DNA from: Mustelus asterias
Taxonomy: Eukaryota
NCBI RefSeq assembly: GCF_964213995.1
Contig: NW_027590217.1
Location: 558,001-622,000, forward strand
Direction: 5' to 3'
Length of the DNA stretch: 64,000 bases
Position 1 is the stretch's first letter. Each line of letters begins with the position of its first letter. Position numbers and translations under genes: made by a program. Positions 62,501 to 64,000 of the stretch are shown here, one piece after another. The notes below the pieces were generated by a model. The model had not been told where the DNA came from. It was given only the letters and a program-made list of their open reading frames with translations, and made no database searches.

Positions 62501-64000
62501 ACAGTTACAGTGTGGGACTGTACACAGAGTGAGGGAACTGTACAGATCCAAAGTTACAGTGTGGGACTGTACACAGAGTGAGGGAACTGTACAGAAACAC
62601 AGTTACAGTGTGGGACTGTACACAAAATGAGGGAACAGTACACAAACACAGTTACAGTGTGGGACTGTACACAGAGTGAGGGAACTGTACACAAACACAG
62701 TGACAGTGTGGGGCAGTACACAGAGTGAGGGAACTGTACACAAACACAGTGACAGTGAGGGACTGTACACAGAGTGAGGGAACCGTAGACAAACACAGTG
62801 ACAGTGTGGGACTGTACACAAAGTGAGGGAACAGTACACAAACACAGTTACAGTGTGGGATTGTACACAGAGTGAGGGAGCTGTCCACAAACACAGTGAC
62901 AGTGTGGGACTGTACACAGAGTGAGGGAACTGTACACAAACACAGTGACAGTGTGGGACTGTACACAGAGTGAGGGAGCTGTACAGAAACACAGTGACAG
63001 TGTAGGACTGGACACAGAGTGAGGGAACTGTACACAAACACAGTTACAGTGTGGGAGTGTACACAGAGTGAGGGAGCTGCACAGAAACACAGTTACAGTG
63101 TAGGATTGTCAATAGAGTGAGGGAACTGTACACAAACACAGTGACAGTGAGGGACTGTATACAGAGTGAGGGAGCTGTACAGAAACACAGTGATAGTGTG
63201 GGACTGTACACAGAGTGAGGGAACTGTACACAAACACTGTTACAGTGTGGGACTGTACACAGAGTGAGGGAGCTGTCCAGAAACACAGTGACAGTGTAGG
63301 ACTGTACACAGAGTGTGAGAACTGTATGGAAACACAGTGACAGTGTAGGACTGTACACAGAGTGAGAGAACTATACACAAACACAGTTACAGTGTGGGAC
63401 TGTACACAGAGTGAGAGAACTATACACAAACATAGTTACATTGTGGGACTGTACACAGAGTGAGGGAACTGTACACAAACACAATGACAGTGTGGGACTG
63501 TACACAGAGTGAGGGAACTGTACACAAACACAGTGACAGTGAGGGACTGTACACAGAGTGAGGGAACTGCACACAAACACAGTGACAGTGTGGGACTGTA
63601 CACAGAGTGAGGGAACTGTACAGAAACACAGTGACAGTGTGGGGCAGTACACAGAGTGAGGGAACCGTACACAAACACAGTTACAGTGTGGGACTGTACA
63701 CAGAGTGAGGGAACTGTACACAAACACAGTTACAGTGCGGGACAGTACACACAGTGAGGGAACTGTACACAAACACAGTTACAGTGTGGGACTGTACACA
63801 GAGTGAGGGAACTGTCCAGAAACACAGTGAGAGTGTGGGGCTGTACACAGAGTAAGGGAACTGTACACAAACACAGTGACAGTGTGGGACTGTACACAGA
63901 GTGAGGGTACTGTACAGAAACACAGTGACAGTGTGGGACTGTACACAGAGTGAGGAAACAGTACACAAACACAGTTACAGTGTGGGACTGTACACAGAGT
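53511..64000. repeat. 49-bp satellite (CACAGTGACAGTGTGGGACTGTACACAGAGTGAGGGAACTGTACACAAA) with higher-order repeats
   Basis: About 210 units running to the window end. The source of all CTVPSLCVQ-type spurious ORFs. Confidence 0.98.

Noticed and set aside
53511-64000. Dozens of Cys/Val/Thr-rich ORFs
   Set aside because: Translations of the 49-bp satellite in shifting frames, not genes.
51104-64000. CRISPR-like array
   Set aside because: Head-to-tail repeats without unique spacers, no cas genes, vertebrate context.

Overview
Repeat-dense elasmobranch (shark-like) vertebrate DNA. The left half holds an apparently intact germline immunoglobulin heavy-chain cluster of the IgW type on the minus strand. 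Its order is TATA, leader (31015), V-23RSS, 12-D-23, an identical duplicated 12-D-23, 12-D-12, 23RSS-J, CH1, CH2, a separate Cys-rich short-form secretory-tail exon (missed by the ORF track), CH3, CH4 and CH5, which runs off the left edge. All exons are open and joined by phase-1 GT-AG junctions. The rest is mostly retroelements: many 5'-truncated CR1-type LINEs (one with an intact 573-aa RT ORF), Rex1/Babar-like 3' ends, HE1-like V-SINEs, Deu-like SINEs, a solo LTR, a fragmented Ty3/gypsy pol and Penelope-like fragments with hammerhead remnants. The right end holds a 59-60 bp satellite and a >10 kb 49-bp satellite with higher-order structure. Most units of the 49-bp satellite contain an RSS-like motif, CACAGAG-12 bp-ACACAAACA. 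Repeat boundaries are approximate and family names are from recognition, not database searches.
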